64,000 bases of DNA from an uncultured delta proteobacterium (GTDB lineage: Bacteria; Desulfobacterota; Desulfobacteria; Desulfobacterales; UBA2156), in assembly GCA_963736855.1 (NCBI GenBank), contig CAVTQK010000009.1, positions 352,001-416,000 of the forward strand. Direction: 5' to 3'. This document shows positions 50,873 to 60,425 of this stretch, piece after piece. The notes beneath the pieces were generated by a model. That model ran no database searches. It saw only the letters and a list, made by a program, of their open reading frames with translations, and was not told where the DNA came from. The number at the start of each line of letters is the position of its first letter. Positions within the stretch are counted from its first letter, which is position 1. The translations under genes and the position numbers were made by a program.

Positions 50873-53557
50873 TCAAAATCGGGCCTGCTTTCCTTCTTTT
50901 TGTCCATCTCGCGCCGCCAAGGGGCGCTGCAATGCAGCCTCCAGCGCTTTCCGGATCGATGCTTCCTGTTCCTGACTGTCGACCTTTTGTCCCTCCAGGT
51001 CCTTGACGTAAAAAACATCCACCACCTGATCCACCTTCGTAGAAATCTTGGCCACTCCGATATCGAGGCCGCACTGGAAAATGGCATTGCTGACGACATA
51101 TAAAAGTCCGGGGAAATCGTCGGCAAAAACCTCGATGAGGGTGAAAAAGTTGGAACTGGCGTTGTCCACCTTGATCTTTACCGGCCGCTTCGCCCCCCGA
51201 ACCCGGGTCGGTCGACCGGAAAAAATTTTATTTTCCAGGGCTTTTGAAAGATTCAGTACTCCGGAAAGTGCCCCATCCAGATGTTTTCGAGCCCGCTCCC
51301 ATCGTTCCTCTTCAAACAGGGTATCCGGCGGCGGCTTCACCGTGAAGATATCCAGGGCTGTTCCATTTTTCCAGGTGAAGGCCTGGACATCTAAAATATC
51401 GATGCTATTGAGCGTCATTACTCCGGCAATCTTTGAAAAGAGACCGGGACGATCCTTGGCGCACAGAGTGATCTCTCTTGTCTCTGGATCTTCCCCTTTG
51501 GCTACTTTCCAGATGAACTCTTTTTCGGCCAACCGCCGGTACATGAACACGTGACTCAAGATGGCTTCCGTTGAAACGGAGATCAGGTACCGGGGAGACA
51601 TGACGCTCAAAAGCCTGGCCATTTCGGCTTTTTCTTCGGTGCTTTTGACTGTCTGAACCAGGGCTAATCCTTTGGACTCCACCCTTTCCGTGACCTCCCG
51701 GGTTGCCAGTTCTCCCTTTTCGAGAATCCTCAAGGTCTTTAAAAACAGATCTCTCAAAAGGGCGTCCGCCCAGCCTGTCCATGCCTTGGGGCCAGTGGCC
51801 ATGGAGTCGGCTATCGTTAAAAGATAGAGCATCTTCAAGCATTCAGGATCCCTGATTCGGCGGGCGCAGAAAATGGCTGTTTCTTCATCCTGAAGATCGC
51901 GACGGGTGGCTGATTTCATCAGGAAGAGATGTTCCTTGATCAATAAAAAAACGGTCTCGGTATCCCCGGAGGAATAGCCTTTGTCTTCCAATACCGCCCG
52001 GGCCATGACAGCCCCCTCTTGGGCGTGATCCCCCTTCGAAGTCCCCTTCCCGATGTCATGAAGCAGGGCCGCCCAGAAAAGCAGCTTCTTTTTTTTGATC
52101 TCCGAAAAAAGCTTGGCTAAGATCGGATCCTTCGAACCGTTTTCTTTTTCCCCTAAACGATGCAAGGCCTTCACGGTGTGCAAAAGATGCAGATCCACGG
52201 GAAACAGATGATAGGCGTCATACTGAATGCGATGGATCACACCTTTAAGCTGAGGGATAAAAGCCGTCATGAATCCGGAATCCATCATCTCCTTGAGCAC
52301 CGGAAAGGCCCTGGAGGATGTGAGGATGCGCTCAAAGGAACGGAGGATGATCTGAGAACTTGCGTCGATAAGATGGGCAAGGTCCTGAACCAACCTCTTG
52401 GCCTCCCCGCTCAAGGGTATGTTCAAGCGAAGACTCTCTTCAAAGATCTCAATCAAAAGCTTTGGAGATTTCAGAACCGCCTCGGTTGATGTAAAAGAGA
52501 GCATATCGTTTTCCACGAACAGATCTTGAATCCGCGCCTGTTTTCGGGACCTTTTCTTCCGGCCGGAGGGTCTGTCAAGGCCTTGTTCGTATAGAAATCG
52601 AAGATGCTGTTGTTTGATGAAATCCATCTGGCCTTGCAAGGTGCTCAGAAACACCTCCACCGGCTCCTGACCGTTGATTTTTTTAAACCCCATGGAATCC
52701 GCCAGGTGGATCTGATTTTCGAAAAGGAGTCGGTCCCATTTCCTTCCCGACATGAGATGGAGGCGATTCCGGACATCCCAGATAAAGGCCAGCGCCTTTT
52801 TCAGAGATTCGAATTCCTTGTGGGAGAGGTATCCGATATATTCCAGTTCCCTGGGCTCTTTGAGATCGAACCGAATCCGCGCAATCCACAACAGCGTGTG
52901 ATAATCCCTTAAGCCGCCTTGCCCCTCCTTGAGATTCGGCTCTAAAAGATCGCTGGAATCGCCGAATTGGTAATGTCGGTTACGGTTGGTCTGGACCAGC
53001 CATTCGATTACCGCCTTTCCGTGTTTGGCCAGGACCTTCTCCCTAAGGCTTTCAGAAAGACGCGATGCCACCGGAGACATGCCGCAAACGAATCGGGCGT
53101 CCAAAAGGGGTGTCAGCATCTCGAAATCCTTTTTACACAATAAGAGACACTCCTTGAGGGTACGCACGGCATAACCGACGTCCATACCGATATCCCACAA
53201 GGGATAGACCACCTCTCGAATCAGGCCATCGGCCTTTTGCGGGATCCTGTTTTCAAATAAGAAAAGGAGGTCCACGTCGGAATGCACACATTGCTCCTGC
53301 CTGCCGTAACCGCCGAGGGCGATGATGGCGTAAGGATTGGCGCTGATTCGGATGGCAGGGCCGATGGTGGAGGCCTCGAAAGACGTCCGGAAATATTCAT
53401 CCAGCAACTGAGCATGACGTTTTAAAAAATCCGGCGATGAAACGGAAATAAGCTCCTTGAATAACGCACTCCGCTTCTTTTTGAGTATGGCGGCGGCATC
53501 TGTCCGGGTTTCCCCTTTCAGATTGCTTCCGTTGAAGTCCGATTTTTCCCTTTTCAT
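50873..53557 (-). CDS. glnD: PII uridylyltransferase/uridylyl-removing enzyme
   Basis: GGYGR..SDVDL, EPNLKEG.GGLRD, HD (LLHDIGKG), two ACT domains; start placed downstream of the sigma54 promoter. Confidence 0.95.
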   Translation of the reverse strand: MKREKSDFNGSNLKGETRTDAAAILKKKRSALFKELISVSSPDFLKRHAQLLDEYFRTSFEASTIGPAIRISANPYAIIALGGYGRQEQCVHSDVDLLFLFENRIPQKADGLIREVVYPLWDIGMDVGYAVRTLKECLLLCKKDFEMLTPLLDARFVCGMSPVASRLSESLREKVLAKHGKAVIEWLVQTNRNRHYQFGDSSDLLEPNLKEGQGGLRDYHTLLWIARIRFDLKEPRELEYIGYLSHKEFESLKKALAFIWDVRNRLHLMSGRKWDRLLFENQIHLADSMGFKKINGQEPVEVFLSTLQGQMDFIKQQHLRFLYEQGLDRPSGRKKRSRKQARIQDLFVENDMLSFTSTEAVLKSPKLLIEIFEESLRLNIPLSGEAKRLVQDLAHLIDASSQIILRSFERILTSSRAFPVLKEMMDSGFMTAFIPQLKGVIHRIQYDAYHLFPVDLHLLHTVKALHRLGEKENGSKDPILAKLFSEIKKKKLLFWAALLHDIGKGTSKGDHAQEGAVMARAVLEDKGYSSGDTETVFLLIKEHLFLMKSATRRDLQDEETAIFCARRIRDPECLKMLYLLTIADSMATGPKAWTGWADALLRDLFLKTLRILEKGELATREVTERVESKGLALVQTVKSTEEKAEMARLLSVMSPRYLISVSTEAILSHVFMYRRLAEKEFIWKVAKGEDPETREITLCAKDRPGLFSKIAGVMTLNSIDILDVQAFTWKNGTALDIFTVKPPPDTLFEEERWERARKHLDGALSGVLNLSKALENKIFSGRPTRVRGAKRPVKIKVDNASSNFFTLIEVFADDFPGLLYVVSNAIFQCGLDIGVAKISTKVDQVVDVFYVKDLEGQKVDSQEQEASIRKALEAALQRPLAARDGQKEGKQARF

Positions 53558-53605
53558 GCACACTTCGCCTTTGAGTTTCTTTCGAACCAATAACCGGTTC
53601 AATCA

Positions 53606-53621
53606 AGCAAACACCGTGCCA
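53606..53621 (-). promoter_or_regulatory. Sigma54 promoter of glnD-amtB-glnK-glnA
   Basis: TGGCACGGTGTTTGCT on the minus strand, matching TGGCAC-N5-TTGC. Confidence 0.88.
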
Positions 53622-53697
53622 GAAATCATCATGTTCATTTTAATCAAGGACACCTGCATGTTAAGGCTCATTAAATCATAATGAAAACAAAATATAA

Positions 53698-53743
53698 ATT
53701 ACAATTATGTAATAAAAAATGATAAATATTACAAATATGGAAA
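53698..53743. promoter_or_regulatory. Tandem palindromic enhancer candidates
   Basis: ATTACA-ATTA-TGTAAT (53698-53713) and ATTACA-AATA-TGGAAA (53728-53743), 30 bp apart. Confidence 0.6.
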
Positions 53744-53757
53744 TAACTTCGGTCCGG

Positions 53758-56658
53758 CTATTCTTCCAGGAGTTCGGTCCAGATGCGGCGAACCCCTTTA
53801 CGGAGCGCGACGAATCGGTCCGATGGAACCCGGTCGGGTTTTTCCTGAAGGTTGAGGCGGTGGAGGGTAGCGCGGTAGGTCAGAAATGCCCTCCTTAAGA
53901 AGTAAGCAGTTTGCTCATCGATGACCCCGCTCTCCATGAGAGACTGAAGGAGACGCACGTTATCGGTCCACTCAACGATCTGCGGATATCGGTTCGCACA
54001 AAGCAACACCAAATACTGGACGAGAAATTCCACATCCACCATTCCGCCCCGGCCTTCCTTGAGGTCGAACATTTCGGGCTCCGGCTTGACGTGTTCCTTA
54101 CGCATGCGTTCCCGCATCTCCCTGATGGCCTTTTTCAGGATGTCTCCCTCCCGGGGCAAGACAAGAATCTCTTTCCGAATCTCTTCGAAGTGCTGCACCA
54201 GGACCGGATCCCCGCCGATGGCTCTGGCGCGAACCAGGGCCTGATGTTCCCAGGTCCACGCCTGTTTCAACTGGTATTCCCGAAACCCCTCGATGTGGCT
54301 GACTAAAATCCCCGAAGCCCCGCTGGGACGAAGGCGCATGTCTATCTCATAAAGCGTTCCGGCCCGGGTGTTCGCGGTTAGGATGTGGATGACCCGCTGC
54401 CCCAAACGAGCAAAAAATTGGACGTTCTCTACGGGGCGGCTGCCCCCGGTTTGTCCTTCGTCCCCGGCATGGATAAATACCAGATCCAGATCCGATCGAT
54501 ACCCCAGCTCAATACCGCCGAGTTTTCCGTAGGCGATCATCACAAATCCCCGATCGCATTTCTTCCCATCCAGGCGGCACCGAGGTTTTCCGTGTTTTTC
54601 CACCAAATGAAGCCATGCCCATTCCAGCACTTCACCCAAAATGACCTCGGCGATGTAAGTCAGATGATCGCTGACCTTCATCAAAGGAAGCACGCCGGTA
54701 ATATCGGATGCCGCTACGCGCAGCATATTGACCTGTTTGAAGATACATAGGTTTTCGATCAAGTACTCAAGGTCTTCGGGGCCCAATGCCGCAATCCGAT
54801 CTTTCAATTCTTTTTGAAGGGCCGCCTTCTGCGGCGGCTTATAGAGGACACGGGTGTCCAGGAGCTCATCCAGCAGCACCGGATGCTGCCGCAGGAAGGC
54901 GGCAATCCATGGGCTGGAGTTGATCAGATTCATGAGATGAGTCAGCGCCGCGGGATTTTCCAGAAGCAGGGCGAGATAACTGGTTCGGCGCTCTATGGTG
55001 CGAACGAGGTCACAAACCCGGCTCAAGGTCGTCAGGGGTGTGTCTCCGCCGGTGATCGCATCGAGAATCATGGGCATCAGGCGGTCCAGCCGCCTGCGCC
55101 CTTCATGACTGAGGGCCCTCGTGGCCGGATCGGCTTTGAGATGATCTAAAATCTTGAGAGCCTGATCCGGATCCGTGAATCCGCTTGCACTCAACACTTT
55201 TCCGGCCCGTTCAGGGCTCATCATTCCCTGCCACACACCCGCGAGGTCGGATAAATGCTCATCCGACCGGGAGGGGGCCATCCGGGCGTCATCGGCCCGG
55301 AAAAGACCCTGGAAATGTCTATGTACGGATCCCCTTTGTTCGTCCAGCCGCCCGGCAAAGGCATTCCAGTCCGGAAAACCCATGGAAACAGCCAACCGCA
55401 GTCGGTTAAGGGATTCTTGGGGAAGCTTATGGGTCTGCTGATCGGAAAACTCCTGCAGTCGGTTCTCCGTTGTTCGAAGAAAAATATATGCTTCGCAAAG
55501 GATCTCACAGGTATTTTGCGAAATGACTCCCTGTTCGGAGAGAATGTGCAACACGTCCATAATCCGGCGGGTTTGCAGGGCGGGGATAACACCGCCGCGG
55601 ATGAGCTGAAAGACTTGTCCGAAAAATTCGATCTCCCGGATCCCCCCAGGACCCAACTTTACATCATCGCCGAGTCCTTTTCTTCTGACCTCCAGGGAGA
55701 TCTTGTGCTTCATATCCCTGAGTGATTCGAATGTGCCGTAATCCAGATACCGCCTGAAGACGAAAGGAGTTAGCCGATGAAGAAGGGCCCTTCCCTCCGC
55801 AATATCCCCGGCCGCGGCCCGGGCCTTGATCCAGGCGTATCGCTCCCATTCACGACCGTGGTTCTGGTAGTAATATTCCATGTTGTCGAAACTCATCACG
55901 ATGGGGCCGTTCTCCCCGTCGGGTCTGAGACGGATGTCCACACGAAAGATGAACCCGTCCGGGGAAGGGTTCCCGAGAAGCCGGATTAGTCGACGGCACA
56001 AGCGGCCGAAAAACTCGTCGTTGCTCATGTCCGTCGCTCCCCCTTGGGTATTGCCCGCTTCCGGAAAAGCGAAAATGAGATCCACATCCGAGGAAAAATT
56101 GAGTTCCTCCCCGCCGAGCTTCCCCATGGCGATGACTGCCAGGGACTGGGGCTCCCCCTTTTTGTTGATCGGAGTCCCACATTCCGTACACTGCCTCTGG
56201 TAGAGAAAAAAGAGGGTCTGATCGATAAGGGTATCTGCCAGGTTTGTCAGTTCTGCCATGGTCGCAAAAAGGTCGGAAAGGCCTAAAAGATCCCTCCATG
56301 CAATCCGAACCATTTCCCGGGACCGAACCCTTCTGAGGGATCGGGCCAGGTCCGATTCGTCGGAAACCCCATCAAAGAAATGCTTCACCCGCAAAGCATA
56401 TTCCGTTTTCGGATACGCCCTGTCCAAATCGCCTGATTGAAATAAATCCATGAGGATTTCCGGATTCCGAAAAGCGCATCGCGTCACAAAATCGCTCATG
56501 GTGAACACACGGGCGGCATCCTCCAGAAATCGGGAAGGAGGGGACATTTGAATTCCGGCATTACGGGCTGCGGTCAGAAATGCCTTCAGCTTCTCCTCCC
56601 CGTCCGATCGGAGAGGCTCGGGGAGGCTTTTCAAGTTTTTCAGGGTTCCCTTTTCCAT
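53758..56658 (-). CDS. glnE: Glutamine synthetase adenylyltransferase
   Basis: Two NT domains: MGKLGGEELNFSSDVDL and YGKLGGIELGYRSDLDL; WERYA, WEHQAL. Start inferred at ATG 56658. Confidence 0.95.
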   Translation of the reverse strand: MEKGTLKNLKSLPEPLRSDGEEKLKAFLTAARNAGIQMSPPSRFLEDAARVFTMSDFVTRCAFRNPEILMDLFQSGDLDRAYPKTEYALRVKHFFDGVSDESDLARSLRRVRSREMVRIAWRDLLGLSDLFATMAELTNLADTLIDQTLFFLYQRQCTECGTPINKKGEPQSLAVIAMGKLGGEELNFSSDVDLIFAFPEAGNTQGGATDMSNDEFFGRLCRRLIRLLGNPSPDGFIFRVDIRLRPDGENGPIVMSFDNMEYYYQNHGREWERYAWIKARAAAGDIAEGRALLHRLTPFVFRRYLDYGTFESLRDMKHKISLEVRRKGLGDDVKLGPGGIREIEFFGQVFQLIRGGVIPALQTRRIMDVLHILSEQGVISQNTCEILCEAYIFLRTTENRLQEFSDQQTHKLPQESLNRLRLAVSMGFPDWNAFAGRLDEQRGSVHRHFQGLFRADDARMAPSRSDEHLSDLAGVWQGMMSPERAGKVLSASGFTDPDQALKILDHLKADPATRALSHEGRRRLDRLMPMILDAITGGDTPLTTLSRVCDLVRTIERRTSYLALLLENPAALTHLMNLINSSPWIAAFLRQHPVLLDELLDTRVLYKPPQKAALQKELKDRIAALGPEDLEYLIENLCIFKQVNMLRVAASDITGVLPLMKVSDHLTYIAEVILGEVLEWAWLHLVEKHGKPRCRLDGKKCDRGFVMIAYGKLGGIELGYRSDLDLVFIHAGDEGQTGGSRPVENVQFFARLGQRVIHILTANTRAGTLYEIDMRLRPSGASGILVSHIEGFREYQLKQAWTWEHQALVRARAIGGDPVLVQHFEEIRKEILVLPREGDILKKAIREMRERMRKEHVKPEPEMFDLKEGRGGMVDVEFLVQYLVLLCANRYPQIVEWTDNVRLLQSLMESGVIDEQTAYFLRRAFLTYRATLHRLNLQEKPDRVPSDRFVALRKGVRRIWTELLEE

Positions 56659-56738
56659 AAGATTTGCGTTCCCATAAAGGTCAGCGGCAGAAGGGACATG
56701 TAGGACCGCAATCAAAATCTTTTCGTGGAAAAATTGTA

Positions 56739-56767
56739 TTGACAGCTTAGACAATAAAGGTTAAAAG
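56739..56767 (+). promoter_or_regulatory. Sigma70-type promoter of the mvhD-metVF-glt operon
   Basis: TTGACA-N17-TAAAAG. Confidence 0.55.
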
Positions 56768-56779
56768 GGCAAGAAATAC

Positions 56780-56873
56780 GACGCACAGTGCCGTGCGTCA
56801 CTTTGTGGCCAATGTCGGCCATACAGACAGGGACGTCTACCACTCCAAGGGGGAGGTAGGCGTTTTTTTTTTT
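56780..56873 (+). promoter_or_regulatory. Leader attenuator: three A..G.. hexaloop hairpins (ANTAR-type) plus intrinsic terminator
   Basis: Loops AGUGCC, AAUGUC and AGGGAC; the third hairpin overlaps the 5' arm of the terminator ACGTCTAC..GTAGGCGT + T run. Confidence 0.72.
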
Positions 56874-56912
56874 AGCAAAGAACCATCGGGCCTTTTCAGG
56901 GGGAGAGGTAAA

Positions 56913-57398
56913 ATGAAAAAATCCCATAAACTGTCGGTCTTTTTTTGTACCCGCACATTTGAAAATGAATCGGTCTTTTTGCCCAATGCTCCGGATTCTT
57001 TGGAGGTGCGGGGAGTCTCCATGGCATGTTCCAGCATGGTCAAAGACATTTTTTTGCTCAAGGCCTTCGAGGCCGGCGCCGATGCAGTGACCGTGTGGGT
57101 CTGTCCGGAGGGTGCATGCCGGCATGTCGAAGGAAATCTTCGTGCCCGAAAACGGGTAGAACGAGTCAAGGCACTTCTGGAGGCCATCGGCTTTGACAGC
57201 CGGCGCTTGACCTTTTTCAACATGGTCCCTGGAGATCTTGCATCGGCTTCGGACATCCTCGAAGGAATCGTTGCCGCATTCAACATCATCGACGGTAGTG
57301 CTTCGAAGGTATCGGGGTACTGTTTTCCCGGAAATGCCGCCTTGAAGATTCAAAGCACGTTTGGATCCAACCATTCGATTCAAACCGATTTAAGATAA
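56913..57398 (+). CDS. mvhD: MvhD/FlpD-like iron-sulfur subunit
   Basis: FFC, MACSS, AFEAGADAV, CPEGACRHVEGN, LLEAIGFDSRRL; start after the leader terminator. Confidence 0.8.
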   Translation: MKKSHKLSVFFCTRTFENESVFLPNAPDSLEVRGVSMACSSMVKDIFLLKAFEAGADAVTVWVCPEGACRHVEGNLRARKRVERVKALLEAIGFDSRRLTFFNMVPGDLASASDILEGIVAAFNIIDGSASKVSGYCFPGNAALKIQSTFGSNHSIQTDLR

Positions 57399-57412
57399 AG
57401 GAGAATCGATTC

Positions 57413-58081
57413 ATGATTGTCGGCGAACAGAAACCCGTAATGGAAATCCTTCAAATGGTTTCGCCCAATAAGAAGCTCCTTATTTTAGGGTGCGATACCT
57501 GCGTTAAGACGTGTTTTGCCGGTGGCGAAGACGAAGTAACGACGCTGGCTTCGGTTTTGAGATTGGCTTTGAAGACAAAAGGCATTTTCGTTCAAATTGA
57601 AGAATTGACGGTTGAGCGTCAGTGCGAGGATGCTTTTATAGCGGAAGCCGCCGACGCCGTATCTCGTAACGAAGAGGTTCTTTCCCTGGCCTGCGGTGCC
57701 GGGGTACAGGCGGTGGCCCGCAGATTTCCTCGATCTCTGGTGTTGCCAGGCGTCAATACCACTTTCCTCGGAGTATTAGAACGCCGGGGTATGTTCACCG
57801 AAGAGTGCTCCGGGTGCGGGGATTGCCAGCTGGCTGTGTTTGGCGGAGTTTGCCCTTTTACCCGATGCGCCAAAAAGCTGCTCAACGGCCCATGCGGGGG
57901 ATCCCGAAACGGCAAATGCGAGGTGAATGCCGATACGGATTGCGCATGGCATCTCATCATCGAACGGTTGAGCGCCCAGGGGCGCCTGAACCAGCTGAGG
58001 GCCTATGTTCCCCCGAAGCAATGGCAGACCAGCCTTTCCGGAGGTCCCAGAAAATTGATCCGGGAGGATCATGTTATATGA
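57413..58081 (+). CDS. metV: MetV (methylene-THF reductase Fe-S/Zn subunit)
   Basis: GCDTCV..C..GG, ERQCE, LACGAGVQ, CSGCGDC, CP.TRCAK.LLNGPCGG, CAW. Confidence 0.88.
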   Translation: MIVGEQKPVMEILQMVSPNKKLLILGCDTCVKTCFAGGEDEVTTLASVLRLALKTKGIFVQIEELTVERQCEDAFIAEAADAVSRNEEVLSLACGAGVQAVARRFPRSLVLPGVNTTFLGVLERRGMFTEECSGCGDCQLAVFGGVCPFTRCAKKLLNGPCGGSRNGKCEVNADTDCAWHLIIERLSAQGRLNQLRAYVPPKQWQTSLSGGPRKLIREDHVI

Positions 58082-59001
58082 AGACGGAACCGATCAGCCA
58101 TCTGGAGCGCGTCCTTTCCGAGGGTCGGTTTGCCGTCACTGCGGAATGCGGCCCGCCCCGGGGAGCAAAGGCGGAAGTCATCCGAAAAAAAGGGGCCTTG
58201 CTCAAAGGGGTCGTGGATGCGGTGAACGTCACGGACAACCAGACCGCCATCGTTCGCATGTCCAGCATCAGCTCCTGTGCACATCTCCTTGCACAAGGTT
58301 TAGAACCGGTAATGCAAATGGTGACGCGGGACCGCAATCGCATCGCCTTACAGTCGGACATTCTGGGGGCTTATTCTCTGGGAATTCAAAACATTCTCTG
58401 TCTTTCGGGAGATCACCAGCGCTTCGGCAGCCAACCGGACTCCCTGAACGTCTTCGACATCGACTCCATGAACCTCATCCGCACGGTTTTCACCATGAGA
58501 GAAGAGGGAATGGACATGAGCGGGTACCTTCTTGATGGAGCTCCCCGGATGTATATCGGCGCCGCCGCCAATCCGTTTGCAGACCCCTTCGAGTATCGGG
58601 TCATACGCCTGGCCAAGAAGATTGATGCCGGAGCGGACTTCATCCAGACCCAATGTGTCTATAACCTGGAACGCTTCCGGCAGTGGATGAACATGGCTTC
58701 CGGCGAAGGACTGACCGAGAAGGTGCATATATTGGCAGGTGTCACCCCCATAAAATCCGCCGGGATGGCGCGGTATATGGCCAAAAACGTCGCCGGGATG
58801 GATGTCCCCGAATCGATCATCCGTCGCATGGCCGGAGTTTCAAAAGAAAAGGCCTCGGAAGAAGGGATCACCATTTGTCTGGAGACTGTCGCAGCGCTTC
58901 AGGAGATTTCGGGTGTCCACGGCATCCACATCATGGCCATTGAATGGGAAGAACAGGTCAAGACCATCGTTGAAAGGGCGGGCCTTTTACCGAGGCCTTA
59001 A
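58078..59001 (+). CDS. metF: Methylenetetrahydrofolate reductase MetF
   Basis: ECGPPRG, NVTDNQ, RDRNRIALQSD, LCLSGDH, KKIDAGADFIQTQ; ATGA overlap with metV. Confidence 0.92.
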   Translation: MKTEPISHLERVLSEGRFAVTAECGPPRGAKAEVIRKKGALLKGVVDAVNVTDNQTAIVRMSSISSCAHLLAQGLEPVMQMVTRDRNRIALQSDILGAYSLGIQNILCLSGDHQRFGSQPDSLNVFDIDSMNLIRTVFTMREEGMDMSGYLLDGAPRMYIGAAANPFADPFEYRVIRLAKKIDAGADFIQTQCVYNLERFRQWMNMASGEGLTEKVHILAGVTPIKSAGMARYMAKNVAGMDVPESIIRRMAGVSKEKASEEGITICLETVAALQEISGVHGIHIMAIEWEEQVKTIVERAGLLPRP

Positions 59002-59012
59002 GGTAATCGAGC

Positions 59013-60425
59013 ATGCCGAAAAAATATCATGTCGCCGTTAAACCCGCTCCGCCGCGGTTCCCCGCCATCGGTAAATATGCGACCATCGAGTTTAAGGAAG
59101 ACTGTGCGGGAAGCTGTCGGGAATGCGTCAAGAAAAAGTGCGTCTACGGTGTATTCAGGGAAACACACGAACATGCATTGAAGATGATCGAACCGGAATA
59201 TTTGTACATCTGTCAGAGTTGTTTTCGATGCGTCCAGGAATGCACCAAGGGAATCTTTTCCCGGGTTATCAACCCGGCGTATCGAAATCTGGGAGACGAC
59301 TATTGGAGCCGGGACATCCTCCATCGCCTTTGGTACCAGGCGCACTTCGGAAAAATTCCGGTCTCCGGCGCCGGCTACCGCGGCCCTTTCACCGGAAAGG
59401 GGTTCGACAATATGTGGACGGACATGTCGGAAATCGTCCGCCCCACCCGTGATGGCATCCACGGCCGGGAGTATATCAATACGTCTATCGAACTTTCCCG
59501 GAGGAACACGTTTTTATCGTTTGCGCCGGATGGCTCGCTGGACTGTGAGCCTCCTCCCATCCTGGAAATCCCGATCCCGGTTCTTTTCCAGTGGCCCGGG
59601 AACATCGTGAAAAATAGATCCCTCATCCTTTCCACTGCCATGGCGGCCGTCGAACTTGGGACTCTGCTATTTCTGGATCCCGAAGACTTTTCCGAAGCGC
59701 TCTACCCTTATGCCGGCAACATAGTTTGCCGGATCAACGGCGACGATTTTTCGGACTTCTTACCTCTTTTACAACAAAGCCGCATGGTGGAAATCTCCGA
59801 TGGCCCAGAGCTTGCCCGCCTCATCGCAGATCTCAGAGAGTTACGGCCGGGGCTTATTGTGGCGGTGGGTGTCCCCCTCACCCCGGAAGCATCATCCACG
59901 GCTGCAAGGCTTGCCGAAGCCGATGTGGATTCGATCCACTTTTATGCCACGGAAAACGGATATGAAAAACATACGGCGTCCCCGCGGTTTCTCAAGGATT
60001 GTATCCGATCCGTTCACCTCGAACTCGTGGACCATTCCCTACGCCAAAAGGTCAACCTCCTTTTTTCAGGAGGGATCGCAATGGCCGAACACATGGCCAA
60101 GGCCATCATCTGCGGCGCGGATGGAGTCGTCGCAGACACCGTTTTACCGGTAGCCCTGGAGTGCCGCCTGTGTTCCCGGTGCCGGGAAGGTCTCTCCTGT
60201 CCGGTGAAGCTTGACGATGTCATCAATCCTCAATGGGGGAAGCAGCGCATCGTTAATCTAATGGGTGCCTGGCACGGCCAACTACTGGAGGTCATGGGCG
60301 CCATGGGTATCCGGGAAACCCGCAGGATCCGGGGAGAGATCGGCCGATCGATGCATTTCTACGAGCTGGAAAGAGAAATTTTCGGCCCCATTTTCGGGGA
60401 AAGAAAAGTGCCGGAGTGTGCTTAA
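59013..60425 (+). CDS. Glutamate synthase FMN-domain paralog with ferredoxin-like N-terminus, apparently degenerate
   Basis: Cys clusters CAGSCRECVKKKC / CQSCFRCVQEC / CRLCSRC..CP; SGAGYRGPF..GFD; SGGI..AKAIICGAD; MGAMG. Core MSFG/GEGG/QGAKPG motifs absent. Confidence 0.78.
   Translation: MPKKYHVAVKPAPPRFPAIGKYATIEFKEDCAGSCRECVKKKCVYGVFRETHEHALKMIEPEYLYICQSCFRCVQECTKGIFSRVINPAYRNLGDDYWSRDILHRLWYQAHFGKIPVSGAGYRGPFTGKGFDNMWTDMSEIVRPTRDGIHGREYINTSIELSRRNTFLSFAPDGSLDCEPPPILEIPIPVLFQWPGNIVKNRSLILSTAMAAVELGTLLFLDPEDFSEALYPYAGNIVCRINGDDFSDFLPLLQQSRMVEISDGPELARLIADLRELRPGLIVAVGVPLTPEASSTAARLAEADVDSIHFYATENGYEKHTASPRFLKDCIRSVHLELVDHSLRQKVNLLFSGGIAMAEHMAKAIICGADGVVADTVLPVALECRLCSRCREGLSCPVKLDDVINPQWGKQRIVNLMGAWHGQLLEVMGAMGIRETRRIRGEIGRSMHFYELEREIFGPIFGERKVPECA

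Noticed and set aside
56775..56873. SAM, THF, ZTP or glutamine riboswitch upstream of metVF
   Set aside because: I could not find their conserved cores; the hairpins fit the ANTAR pattern better.
56793..56912. N-terminal extension of mvhD from GTG 56793
   Set aside because: It runs through the leader hairpins and terminator; ATG 56913 has a GAGG SD and matches the domain start.
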